In this document: piece after piece, positions 36,409 to 49,555 of the stretch
How positions within the stretch are numbered: the first letter of the stretch is position 1
Layout of the letters: every line of letters starts with the position of its first letter
From: Octopus vulgaris
Taxonomy: Eukaryota
Length of the DNA: 64,000 nt
Direction: 5' to 3'
Assembly (NCBI GenBank): GCA_951406725.2
Contig: OX597814.1
Coordinates: 181,474,001 to 181,538,000, forward strand
The notes under the pieces: model-generated
Databases searched by the model: none
The model's input: the letters and a program-made list of their open reading frames with translations, nothing else
Told to the model about the DNA's origin: nothing
Program-made: the position numbers and the translations under genes

Positions 36409-38044
36409 TTTTACATGTTAGATAGACATGTAAGGAACTTCCTATTAGAAATTCTTCAGACAAAGAAATTAAATAATATAAATTTTATAGTTAGCTGAAG
36501 TATTTATATTTAGAAATCAGGAGCCATATAGACAGTTATGAGTGAGGAAGGAAGAGCAAATTTGATATTACAGAAGAGAAAAGAGAGGGAGTCACACACA
36601 TTTATACATATAATAGGGATGTATACAAAACCATACGCATGCAGGCAAGGCTGTGTGGTAAGAAGATTGCTTCCCAACCCCATGGTTCTGGGTTCAGTCC
36701 CACTGTATGGCACCTTTGCAAATGTCTTTTATTATACCCTCGGGCTGCAAGATGTCACGCAGTAGGACTGAACTCAAAACCACGTGATTGAGTAGCAAAC
36801 CTCTTACTACATAATCACACCTGCACCTATATAATATAAAACACACACACATACACACCCGCCCCCATACATTAACGTTAATCTTGAACACATTAAAATA
36901 TTTTTTAAGTGACTGAGTACTATGTATCTCCTGCACTAGTCTTACGGCTGTGTATGTGTGTGTGTGGCTAGAGAAGGAGACATACAGACAGATTATATCT
37001 CCTGTAATAGAAACCATAAATCACTTCAGTTTTTATATTTTCATTTGTTTTATAATCGAACTTATTGTAATAATCATTTATATTTCTTAATAAGACACAT
37101 GTATCTTCATATCGATATTACATCACGTACATGACATTTTCACTTTCGGAAGCCGAGCTATTGTGATATTAGGAAAATGTCAACCTTTATTACTTTTGAT
37201 ATCGGAATATTCATTAGTGGATGGAAATTATTTTCAATGTAAAAGATTTAGTAAAATCTCAACTTGCTTTAGATGAGCAATTTGCGAGCGATATTTGGTT
37301 ATTATTCATTTTATCAGAAATTACGGGGTTCATTATCGTGACTTTGATGCTGTTTGGAATTAATTGCAATATTGGTGTGTTGAAATTAACCCTAAGTTCT
37401 CCGCGTACCTTCATCATTATTCGTAATACTTCGATATTCTATCCCCTCACTCCATTTTTAGAAAAAAATAATTTATAACCAATTTAAATTTTTGGTATTA
37501 TTTTAAAATCTAAACGGCAGCGAGAAATAGAAAATACAGAGAGGAAAAAAAAATTTAAATCAAAGGTGGAAATTAAAAAAAAAAAACAAGCAATAGGAAT
37601 ATAAACCATCGTTGATAATCAACTGTCATTTATGAACCAACAGGATCAATTTCTGTTTATTAATATTAATTAAAATATAAAGATATATATATTAAAGATG
37701 TATAAATAGCTAATTCATAATTTCGTAATGAAAAGGGACATTTTCGTTTTCTCTTTTTTTCTTCTTCAAACAATCTCTGATCTGGTTGAGAAAAATTTTA
37801 GAATGCTATCAATTTAAAAGACTACATTAAGATTCTTAACCATTTTATTATTAGGAAGCAAGCGACACGGACAGCTGTATTCGTCTTAATTTTCTAGCGG
37901 TAGGAAAGAGAAAGTACGCTGCCTCTGTATACAATATTAAATTATTAGCAGGTGTAGGAGTAACGCCCAATCAATGAAAATCGAAATCACCTGTATACGT
38001 TACAATGGATGAATGGTACGAGAATTATTTTAACAGACTGCTTT

Positions 38045-38098
<54 letters not shown>

Positions 38099-39251
38099 AA
38101 CGTTGTGCCATTTGTGTAAATATATATATATATATATACGGTTATAAATACACGCTAAGAGAAAGATTGCTTCATCATACTAACCTCCATTCTATCAACA
38201 GAATATTTTAGCAGACATAATCAGATGTTTGTTGTTTTCTTTCTTTCACACCCTCTTCTTTTCACTTTACATTTGCTTCTCGATGGCTCTCCATTTAGAC
38301 AAGCACTCACGCATACCGTTCTTACAAAGTTAGCTCCCTTGGTATTTCCGTATCACAACAGCTTGTTGACATATGTACATGTTCGTGTATACATACATAC
38401 CTAAATATGTGTATGTATGTGTACATACATTCCTAAATATGTGTGTGTATATGTGTGTGTATAGTTGTAGGCGTGTGACTGTGTGTGTGTTGGGATATGC
38501 TCTTTAGAATTTTTTTTTTTTCGTTAATATTAACTAATTTTAATTTATATTAATTGATATACGTATCCAAACATTAAAATCTGAAAGATCAAAATGATAA
38601 TTATGTGCTGACTAAAGGCGTAAACAAATCGTGCATCGTCTGCTGAATAAACGTCAAACCGACAAGGGTGCCTCTGTTGTTATGGTAAGGGGAACCATTA
38701 TAGTTCCGAGGTCGAATGCAAATGAATATGAATATATTGGGGCGCATAATTTCAGTGAAAAATAAAGAAATAATCTCTGCTGAGAAAAATAACCTTGTTT
38801 TAAAAATTATACAAATTCATGTGTATGCAACTCATATTAAATTACTTGACGTCTGAACTGTTTATTTTTACCCATTTTTTTTTTCCGCATGAATTTTTTT
38901 TTTTTTTTAGGAATAATTCATCAACGGTGGGTTTCGATTTGGAATGTCGCTGAAATTTCCTCCGAGAACGAGGGATCCCCCCTATCTTGTCCCACATAGT
39001 CGCTCGACCAACTAGAAATAGTGGCCAATTGTCTATAGAATCTATTCGGCCGTCTTTATAACGGGAGAATCACATTGGATAGCAGCTGATGTTCGATAGA
39101 GAAATGATGGAATGTTGACGATAGGAAATCGCTTGCTCATAGATTTGCTTGATCAGGGCAAGCATGAGGAATTAATAACAAGTGAACGATGTGCTAACCA
39201 TTACGCACACTCACTCACAAACACACACAGACAAGATAGATAGATAGATAA

Positions 39252-39348
<97 letters not shown>

Positions 39349-40377
39349 ACTCAATATATGTAAAAGAGTTTATTGGAAGCTAGTAATTTCACTTCATCGT
39401 CACTCATTCCTATTCCATTTTCTTCTCCCTCTGATTATATTTTATGGGTTCGAATGTATAAATGAAATTAGATTCATTAAAAAAAAACAAAAAAAAAACG
39501 TCAAAACGTGCGGGAGAATATATTCGTTCAGAGTTAAAGCGTTTCTCCGGAGCTACACTGAAATGGCCATTGTTTGACCGATGAAACTTTAGGGTCCTCG
39601 GTAGGTCTTAATTTCATTGGCCAGTTGTTATGTTGATTGTTTGATGTAATTTGATAAATGGTTTTCATCACTAGTTTGGGTAATTACAATCTTATTAAAA
39701 ATTTATGTCAGACATTTAAAAAGAAAATCAACATTTTTACAATTTTATGAAAAAACTTCATTTGAAATTGAATAAAATGTTGGAATGTAGCAAATTGTTT
39801 AATATTTGAAATAAGAATCAACAAAAAATATAACCATAACTGCAGTCTCCACCTACCCGACCTTCTAAAAATAATTGAAAAACAGAAAAATTCTGTAGAA
39901 CCTATGTTTCTCAATCTTTTTAATCTTAGAAAACCCTTGAAATATATTCTGCATCTCGGAGAACACCTGTGTAAAAATTATTGTCTTTAATTTCACCCCA
40001 CTTCTTTCATGAAGTTAAATTTCGTTTTTTAATTTTTTTTATAGCAGAAGCAATTGCTATTTTCAAGTAAGTCGAAGGATTGCATATATATACTCCTTTC
40101 TGTGTACCTTCAGTGCTAAAGAGACCATGCGCTTCTGGCCAGCATGTTTGAAGAGTCTTCAATTATTGTGTAGCGAAACTGTTGGTAAAATTTCTTACCA
40201 GTGATATGCTATAAGTAATAATATATTGCTTGGTTATATATATATATATCAAAATAAGCAACAAGATTTTTATTTTGATTATAATCACCCCATGGATATA
40301 TATGGATAACACCATACAAAATTTTGGTGCATCTAACTTAAGTACCATATTCATTTGAATCTAAATTTTGATGAATG

Positions 40378-40429
<52 letters not shown>

Positions 40430-40430
<1 letters not shown>

Positions 40431-41137
40431 TATATACATACATGTATGTAATACCTATATATATATGTATATATACATGCATATATGGGTATAGAACGTC
40501 AAAAAAACGTGAACAAAATGAGAAACGAGAACATAAAAAACGAAAACATGGAAAACGAAATTATTTTCGAACAACGAAAGAAACAAATAGAGAAACGAGA
40601 CAGGCAAGAAAGAACAATCCATTCATCAGTTGCTTCCTGTTTTATCTACTCCGCGGTTCGAACATTGGGACAAGACGTGACTTCGTTAAAACAGTCGTTC
40701 TCGCAAAGCAAATTAAATAAAATTTGGGATTTGCGGAGGGTTAAAGTGGTAATGAAAACAGGACAGTAAAAACAAACGGTAAGGGTTGTTAAGTCATAAC
40801 GAGGTGAAGTGGTGAACGCTGGAGAAACGAGCTTTGACAGGAGACAGGCAAAGTGTGTCTTGTCTCTTGTAAGACAATAGGGAAGAAAGAAAGATAGCCG
40901 CTAGTCACGTGTGAACAACGAGAGGGTCAAAGAGGAAGAGTGAGGGAGAGAAAAACAGAAAGAAAGAAGAATAAGAGAGGGAGAATAGAGATAGTTGTAG
41001 AGTACGCATCAGAATTATGAAGATAAAACTTACTTGGAAATGGATGCGTGGCGTTCGCTCATATAATATATATATATATACACACACATGCATACATACA
41101 TACATATATATATATACACATACATACATACATATAT

Positions 41138-41188
<51 letters not shown>

Positions 41189-41375
41189 CCATGATAGATC
41201 GGTACCCACTAGACACATTTTTTTTCTCTCCTTGTTTCTTTTTGTGTTCCTTTCTGTGGAAGAGCGTTGGCTCGAAACGTTAAAGACTTTTTCAATTCTT
41301 GAGCGTTATACTAATACATCTGTTTGTTTTCTACACCACTTGTCTTCGTCTTCTGTTTTTTTCGTGAATTCTCCC

Positions 41376-41468
<93 letters not shown>

Positions 41469-41700
41469 GCATATATACATACATTTATGTACATACCTAC
41501 ATATATATGTATATATACATGCATATATGGGTATAGGACGTCAAAAAATCGTGAACAAAAACATTTTTGAACAACGAAAGAAACAAATAGAGAAACGAGA
41601 CAAGCAACATAAAGAACAATCCCTTAATTTGTTATCCCCAGTTTTATCTACTCCGCGTTGTGAACGTTGGGACAAGACGCGACTTCGTTAAAACAACCGT
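40430..41700. repeat. Two direct copies (~40430-40700 and ~41460-41700) of a microsatellite-associated repeat
   Basis: Shared atatatgggtatagRacgtcaaaaaa...aacaacgaaagaaacaaatagagaaacgagaca...ttttatctactccgcg...cttcgttaaaaca. Confidence 0.75.
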
Positions 41701-41803
41701 TTGAGCAAGGTAATGTAATCCGGTGGTAAAAAGAATTCCGCGAATTAGGTACTCCAAATTCAGTCGGAAGGCCGGGGTCGTGTGAGCGTGCTGTATATAG
41801 TAA

Positions 41804-42129
41804 ATCCAAAAAAAGAAGAACAAGCACAAAAAAACAACGTGAGGACGTGGTAAATGCAAAATATTAGCAGACACTCAGGGAAGGAAAGAAAGATTGTTTA
41901 ATGTTTCGAGCAACGCTCTTCTTCAGAAACAGAGGAGAGTCCAATAACGACATGTGATTCGTTGGCGATTTTCTTCTTTCGTCTTCTTTTCTATTGGACT
42001 TTTCTCTGTTTCTGAAGAAGAGCGTTGCTCGAAGTGTTAAATCATCTTTCTTTCCTTCCCTGAGCTTCTGCTAATGCGTTACATGTACCACGCCCTCGCA
42101 TTGTTTTTTGTGTTTATTCTACCTTTTTT

Positions 42130-42133
<4 letters not shown>
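41804..42133. repeat. Imperfect inverted repeat with a minimal hammerhead-like core in each arm
   Basis: Arms ~41804-41946 and ~41992-42133. Minus: gttt CTGAAGA a GAGC gtt GCTC GAAA ca TT aaac. Plus: gttt CTGAAGA a GAGC gtt GCTC GAAg tg TT aaat. Confidence 0.75.
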
Positions 42134-42162
<29 letters not shown>

Positions 42163-42230
42163 GGAGTAAACACATAAATGTGAAACAAGGTGGAAAAAGA
42201 GTACTCAAATACCAGTGGTAGAGTAATATG

Positions 42231-42387
42231 CTTTATTTTAAGCAGCAGAAAATTCAACAAAATCTGTTACTCTGAGTTTCTCGTTGCCGTTCATCAGACA
42301 GTTTTTGCTAGCAAAAACTGTCTGATGAACGGCAACGAGAAACTCAGAGTAACAGATTTTGTTGAATTTTCTGCTGCTTAAAATAAA

Positions 42388-42388
<1 letters not shown>
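42231..42388. ncRNA. 158-bp perfect palindrome encoding a minimal type-I hammerhead-ribozyme-like motif on both strands
   Basis: 79-bp arms with no spacer (centre GCT|AGC). Motif ctgt CTGATGA acggcaacga GAAA CTC A GAG TA acag at 42318-42355. The palindrome is certain; ribozyme activity is inferred. Confidence 0.7.
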
Positions 42389-42431
<43 letters not shown>

Positions 42432-42545
42432 CCCCGGCAAGCTCATCTGAGGCTTTTCTTTCCATTTTTTTTATCGATATTCCCTAAAGTTATGAGAAAT
42501 CTATTCAGTAGAGCACGGCATGTTTTTGTCCATATGTAGATTATC

Positions 42546-42576
<31 letters not shown>

Positions 42577-42674
42577 CATACATACATACATACATACATA
42601 CATACATACATACATACATACATACATACACACACACACATAGACAGACAGGAAAGAAAACAAATCAGGAAAAA

Positions 42675-43191
42675 TCTATATATATAAAACTGTAGTTGTG
42701 TGAGTGTCTGTCTCCTACGATTTAGATTCCTAACTCCTCCCACATTTTGCGGTGCAGTTTAACCAAATTCGGGTATCTTATAGTCGTGATTAATATCGAG
42801 CCCGTCTGGCTATTAGCGCGCGTCTACGATGAGTCTACGATTTTAAAAATAATTTAACATCATTTTTTATTCCATTTTAATGCATAATTTTTCGTGTGTC
42901 GATGGCGGCGGAGTTGGCGTCCACGCTCAAACACCTGCACCTGTGTTTGCTTCTCCCCCTTCTTCCCTCCCTCGTGAAGCTGTGGGGAAGGGAGTTTAAG
43001 GAAATCAACGTCGTAATGCGTTGTCAAGGAGACCAGCGTTCTTTTAGAACAACGACTTCATGGCTTGAAGACACCAAAACAGAAATGGCTAAGAAAGCCC
43101 GAATTGGCATCTATAAAGGAAGTAACTCTCTAAAAATGCTTATATAGTTATTTCCCTTACAAACCCGAGCAACGCCGGGCGATACTGCTAG
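42675..43191 (+). mobile_element. Full-length non-autonomous Helitron
   Basis: A|TCTATATATATAAAAC 5' end, subterminal hairpin CCCG-agcaacgc-CGGG, CTAG|T 3' end, no TSD. Confidence 0.9.
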
Positions 43192-43595
43192 TTATCTATA
43201 AAATATTTAATTAGATTATTTTACACGTATTTCATTAACAAAGAATGATTATCAGTTATGTAACATAAAAGATATAATTGTCATCGCGCCGACAACACTA
43301 TAACTGAATCCAGTAAAATTACGAATAAATGTTACGCGTTTCTGAAGATTTGACAATGCAATTTACAGTATATAACTGATGATCGTTCTTCGTAAATGAA
43401 AGGCGCGTAGGATGATATAACTAAATATTTATAAACACAGACTCCTATATTGTTTTTTTTGTTGCTATATGTACTCTGTCACATACTCAACTGCAGATTC
43501 TAATCCAATTATACGATTTCCTTTCAGAAATACGGGAATACACACAGTGTCCTAGATGTTGGTTATATGTCGTACAATTTAAACTTTAAATCTCA

Positions 43596-43658
<63 letters not shown>

Positions 43659-44289
43659 CATATACATACATACATACACACATACATACAGACAGACAGA
43701 CAAACATAATACATGTGTACGTAACACGTCCAATGTAAATCGAAGAGTAGTCCAAGGGAAAAGATTTGGTATCCGTATCACTGAAGTGAAAATTTAAGAG
43801 AATATTTTTAAAACATAACAACCGTAAAGCAAAACACGAAGTTAGTGTATTAGTTTCACGCTAGGAAGAAAAAACGAAAAAAAAAATAGTCACCAAAACG
43901 TCTGCTTGTCCTACAAGATAACATTCAGTAAATAAGGTGTTTCTTTGATGAAACTTTTTACATGTCGACACTGGATTAACACCAAATCATATAAACATAT
44001 CTTCAGTAAATATAAATAAGCTGTATTATGAAATATGTTTAGACTTAGGCCTCTACCAAAGCTATCCAATTTTATAGACTTAAATACACAATAATTCCGA
44101 AATCCAAGAATCCAGAATCCGGAGCACTTTCTTTCCAAAACATTTCGAACAATGGATTATCAAGTGTAAATACTTTCCTATTGCCATACCTTTCTTACAC
44201 TGCAACTATTTCCTATTACACTTCCTGTCCCAACCAAATAATCTATCAACTTCTTTCTTTAATTCCACTGGAAATTACATGATCACATT

Positions 44290-44482
44290 CCATGAAAAAG
44301 CCTTAGTCAGAAACGTCGACATTTTCCATATCTCACGGCTAACAAATTACTGACGCACAACAAATTCTCAGGGATTTATAATTACTATTGTTGCTGACAT
44401 AAAACACTCGCAAATTTTGACTGATTCTGGATTTTGCCCCAAACTCAATCATAGTTTGATTCAGGCAATATGGGATAAGTAG

Positions 44483-44522
<40 letters not shown>

Positions 44523-45306
44523 CTGTATGATGTGTATGGGAAAATTGGGTTTTATGGTGTGCATGTGCACATGCGCACAGAATCAAGTTGCGAGGTAGGC
44601 TGATCCACCTCCCTGAGAATTCGAGCCTTTGTGTCTATGTTACATCATCTGATTCTCATCAAAGATTGATGGAAGCTTTTTTCGCAATTGGGAGAATAAG
44701 AAAAATTTCTCTATCGTCTCCGTGTCTCAGACGAATTTTAAAGTACCAACACCAAAAGGCATAATAAGTAATTGATCCAAATAATAAATAAATAAACAAA
44801 TAAACAAAAACAATTAAAACTGCCAGGAAAAGGATCAAATACCTTCATCTGCAATATTACAATGATATATTATATAGGTGTATATACGGGATATATATTG
44901 ATATATATATATATATATATATGATATACATACATACATATATATAGTATATATACGATAATATAATTTGTTATATAGGACGGCAAGTTGTACCAAATCC
45001 ACTCACAAGGCTTTGAACAATGCATGAAGTTTTAAGAAAGTATTTATTTACCCGTTACCCACTCCTGCGCCATGAAAAAGCCTTAGTCAGAAACGTCAAC
45101 ATTTTCCATATCTCACGGCTGACGCACAACAAATTCTCAAGGATTACAATTATTATTGTTTGCTGACATAAAACCCACGCAAATTTCGACTGATTCTGGA
45201 TTTTGCCTCAAACTCAATCATAATTTGATTCAGGCAATATGGGATAAGTAGTGTATATTGTGTGTGCGTGTGTGTGTGTGTGTGTGCGTGCGTGTGTGTG
45301 TGTGTG

Positions 45307-45343
<37 letters not shown>

Positions 45344-45346
45344 TGA

Positions 45347-45395
<49 letters not shown>

Positions 45396-45672
45396 AACTG
45401 ATTTTTGCTTAGGGTGTGCTTGCTTTTATAACCACCCAGAAGCATAGATATATCATTGAAAAATCGAGCTTTTGTGCCTATGTTACATCATCTGATTCTC
45501 ATCAAAGATTGATGGAAGTTTTTTTTTCGCATTCTAGCTAAAGGCCTCTGGAAAATGTAAAACTACTGTCAGAGAAAAACCACTGTTCCACCGTGTGAAA
45601 AGTTCTGTTGCAGTGTTAATTTAAATTTGGCTATGGTGGATCAAATACCTTCATCTGCAATATTACAATGAT
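44290..45672. repeat. Local tandem duplication (44290-44864 / 45070-45672)
   Basis: Both copies start ccatgaaaaagccttagtcagaaacgtc, share a (TG)n tract and end ggatcaaataccttcatctgcaatattacaatgat. Confidence 0.85.
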
Positions 45673-47635
45673 TTTAGGTGAACGGACTCCCAGAAATAAC
45701 ACCAGCAATAACAACTGTAACAAATTCATGGTCGGGTCATTGCGACTACACCAGCTAACCCACCAACCCTGCTTGGTGTGAGAACACTCTACGGAATGAA
45801 AAAAAATCTATCAAAAGGTGAATTAACTCAGGAGAGTCCACGGTCATCTAATATTATGCATATATATCTGTTTAAGATGCATGTAAAAATTGGATTTTCG
45901 GTAGATTGTGCAGAGAAGAGCGAATGGTAAAATTTCAACAAGCAGAAAGGCGATGTTCGGGAATGCCGCCGTGTAATATGAACTTCAGAGCACAGTAAGA
46001 CACATGAAACGCACTGGTCAACTTACTACATCTCTGATATATCCTCTGTCATCTCGGCCATACATTCCATTGAATCAAGAATTCAAGGAAGGATGAAGTT
46101 AATTCTCCAGCGCAACACAATTGTCACAATAATCCAAATCTTGCGCATGTCAAGATTTTCCAAACTAAGTCAAAACTCGAACTTTTTCAAACCACAAACA
46201 GATCGCAGACCTTTTGTTGCAATAGTTAGGGATTCACGCGCGTCTGCGACAATAAAATATTGCCATTTCTGAGGTTGCTTCGCTTGTGAGGGCACACGAA
46301 AGATATAGCAAAGGCAAGAGTAGTCACGAATCTGCAGTCGCTTGTGCGGTTCCAGATTCCATTATTGATTAAGAAGTGCTTGTGTCTTGATCATCTTCGA
46401 AAACGATTGATAGATCGATAACAAATACATAATCATGCATATATTTTTGCCTTCGTTCCATTCCTCTTCATATATTGAAGTCGATTTGACAGAAAATATG
46501 GCTAATCCAGAAATTCAGAAGTTGGCGTACTAAAAAGCCATAGAAAAATAGTTGTGGGAAGTCGGCGGATCTATCAAAAGAACAAATTCGATGACAACAT
46601 AGTCGATAACAACACAAAATACTCTTCAGTTTCACAGCTATTTGTAAGATAAACAAAAAACAAAAAAGAGGTGGGAAATAAAACAAAACAGTTATGTAAG
46701 TAGAGTAAATAAAAGTTGTCTTCAAGAAGACAGCAAAGAACAGACTTCTGGTGAGAGTAGCACTAGAGTTCTATAAAGCATTAAGATGCGCTTCCAACGA
46801 GATATGAAAGTTTTCACGTACGTCCAGAAACAGTGGCTTTTACAGGAGTACTTCAGAGATCCTTCGGTTAAGTATTCATTAAACCCACTTCCCGTTCATT
46901 TTTTGTCAACTACAATTATCACTTTGTTAAGGGCTGATTGTGTAAAATATACGTGACATGTGAAGTGTCTGGAAGCAGAAATCACCAGCTCAACGGTCCA
47001 TTGATATAGATATGATAACCGCTAATGAAACTAAGTTCTCCAGCATAAAATTATAAAAAGACTCTTAAACTTGATCAGACACGACAGGTATCGAATAGAT
47101 TTCTTGTTTGCATCAATGTAGATTTAAATAAATTACAGCAGATTATCCGGGTCGTATTTAGAAAAAAATATTGATTAGGCTAATGGATGTGGTAGTAAGC
47201 AGACACGAGTAAATCCTTTTTAGCAGTAGTAAGCGCTTTGGAGAGTATCTATCGAGGACAGACTTTATGCAATGCGAAAATTGTAGACAGGGTTGGGAGC
47301 AGACAGATTTTGGTCGGGCTAACTTAGATCTCTCAAAAACATTTGTTAATGTTCAACACCGTTACGTGAATACTGTTCTAAACGCGATCTTCGATTTCGC
47401 TTTCAGAGAATGGATCTATGTATTACATAACGGCATCTACTTAATAGTTAGAGTAAATGTCCATCTATTAGAACATTTCAATAACATGCGCTCTAACTGT
47501 CAAAGGTTGGGGGGAGAAAACCGCACTGTGTCTTGTTGAAAGCTGGCTGTGACACATTGTGAGTAACCGAAATCATTTCTTGCCCGAAGTGGTCTGCCTA
47601 GTGAGTTAGGGGCCAGACTGTTTTTATAGAGTAGA

Positions 47636-48715
47636 CTAGCTTAAGGTGACCCGCTCTACGCACGGGTGAGGGTGTGGTTGTTACTTTCTGTTGCTTCCTT
47701 ACTGTTTCTTATGGCCACATTCTCCCTCTTTGTTTCTCTCTCCTTTCTCTCTCACTTTCCCACTCTCTTACTCTTCCTTTCTCTCGGACTCTCCCAAGCT
47801 TTCTCTTACTCTCTATCTTTCTCTATCTATCTCTCTCCCATTTATAAAAAACAAAAGATCTTGAGTAAGTTAAGAAGGAAAATATTTTGAAACATTAATC
47901 ATAAATATCAGGTAGTGACAACGGAAAACATACTTTCCTTTTGTACGTGCCACTATTTGAGCGATTAAAAATAAGGAAAAAAAGGATTTCTTTGTTAATT
48001 TTAGTACTTATTTTGGGAATTTTTCGACGATTGACGATGCAAATGAAAGTTCTAAACACGGGCTGCATGCAGCTGTAAATTTCTTACAGAAAAAATGAAA
48101 ACTGTAAACAATAAAAAAAAAAAAAAAGGTAAAAATGAGAAATTTTTTTCAACTTCAAAAATCTTGCCTTAATTTTCAAAATTTGGAACCCATTTTCCGC
48201 GCTTGAATTACAAATCCGCTTCCACTTTACCATGTTGAAAATTTGATTGAAATCGGGCAAAAGGTGTCCAATCTAGACCCCCAAGTGTCCCCCCAAAACA
48301 ATAAAATCCCCGTTTTCACACCAAAGCAAAAACTGTAGCGCCTCAAAACGTCTCCCAATCAATTTCTCACCTCAAATTTTAATCCCCTTCCAACCACATT
48401 TAGACCCCTTTTACATAAAAATCCAATTTGCATCAACGTTCGCCTTCTTAATTTTATAGATTAGATTAGAAGCCAATCGCGCCAATCTGGAAGGGGTTAG
48501 AGCCCCCTTGAATCGATAAAAAAAATCACTCTTCTCACCATAGCAACCGCATCTTTCCAGATGGCGAGTTTTAACCTACTCAACTCTCTGCCTCATCACG
48601 CCTTCTATGACTGTATCAATTTTCAGCTCCATCCGACCACTGGTCTAGCCGCCAACCTCTGCCGTAGCAAAATGTGCACACAATTTTGACCCACAGCATC
48701 TTTTATATATATAGA
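47636..48715 (-). mobile_element. Non-autonomous Helitron, full length
   Basis: Minus strand: TCTATATATATAAAAG 5' end; ACCCG-tgcgtagag-CGGGT hairpin followed by CTAG 3' end. Confidence 0.85.
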
Positions 48716-49086
48716 CTAACTTAAGGGGACCCGCTCTACGCGCGGGTAAGAGTGTGGTTGTTATTTTCTGTTGCATCCTTTCGGCACGTAAAAAGCACCA
48801 TCCGAACGTGGCCGATGGCAGCGCCGCCTTGACTGGCTTCTGTGCCGGTGGCACGTAAAAAGCACCAACCGATCGTGGCCGCTGCCAGTGCCCCTCCCCC
48901 CATGGCACCTGTGCCGGTGGCACGAAAAAAGCACCCACTACAATCACGGAGTGGTTGGCGTTAGGAAGGGCATCCAGCTGTAGAAACACTGCCAGATCAG
49001 ACTGGAGTCTGGTGCAGCCTCCTGGCTTCCCAGACCCTGGTCAAACCGTCCAACACGTGCTAGCACGGAAAACGGACGTTAAACAT

Positions 49087-49121
<35 letters not shown>

Positions 49122-49330
49122 CTCCCTCTTTGTTTCTCTCTCTTTTCTCTCTCCCTTTCCCACTCTCTTACTCTTCCTTTCTCTCGGACTCTCCCTCGTT
49201 TTCTCTTACTCTTTATCTTTCTCTATCTATCTTTCTCCCATTTATAAAAAACAAAAGATCTTGAGTAAGTTGAGAAAGAAAGTAGTTTGAAAGATCAATC
49301 ATAAATATCAGGCAGTGACAACGGAAAGGT
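48716..49330 (-). mobile_element. Second, 5'-truncated copy of the same Helitron in head-to-tail tandem, interrupted by a SINE (48781-49119)
   Basis: 48716-48780 and 49120-49328 match 47636-47700 and 47720-47927. Confidence 0.85.
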
Positions 49331-49484
49331 CTGCTTCAAGGCAGAAAGCAAAACACTAACATTTAAAAGGGACAGACGAACTTGCGAGCTGAATAAAAAT
49401 TTTTAAAATATTGGAAACCAAAGGTCAGCAATTACGTTTCGCTTCCTAACCTATAGCCTAAAACAGATTTGGCTAAAAAATTCC

Positions 49485-49555
<71 letters not shown>

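Noticed and set aside
44095-44170. Tigger/MER2-like transposon end
   Set aside because: Only a loose resemblance, and no matching opposite TIR was found.
40355-45447. Many ORFs rich in YI, HT, CV or MYVC repeats (also at 3094-3456, 22095-22570, 32097-32333, 55865-56312, 59453-59767)
   Set aside because: They are translations of (TA)n, (CA)n, (TACA)n and trinucleotide microsatellites, not genes.
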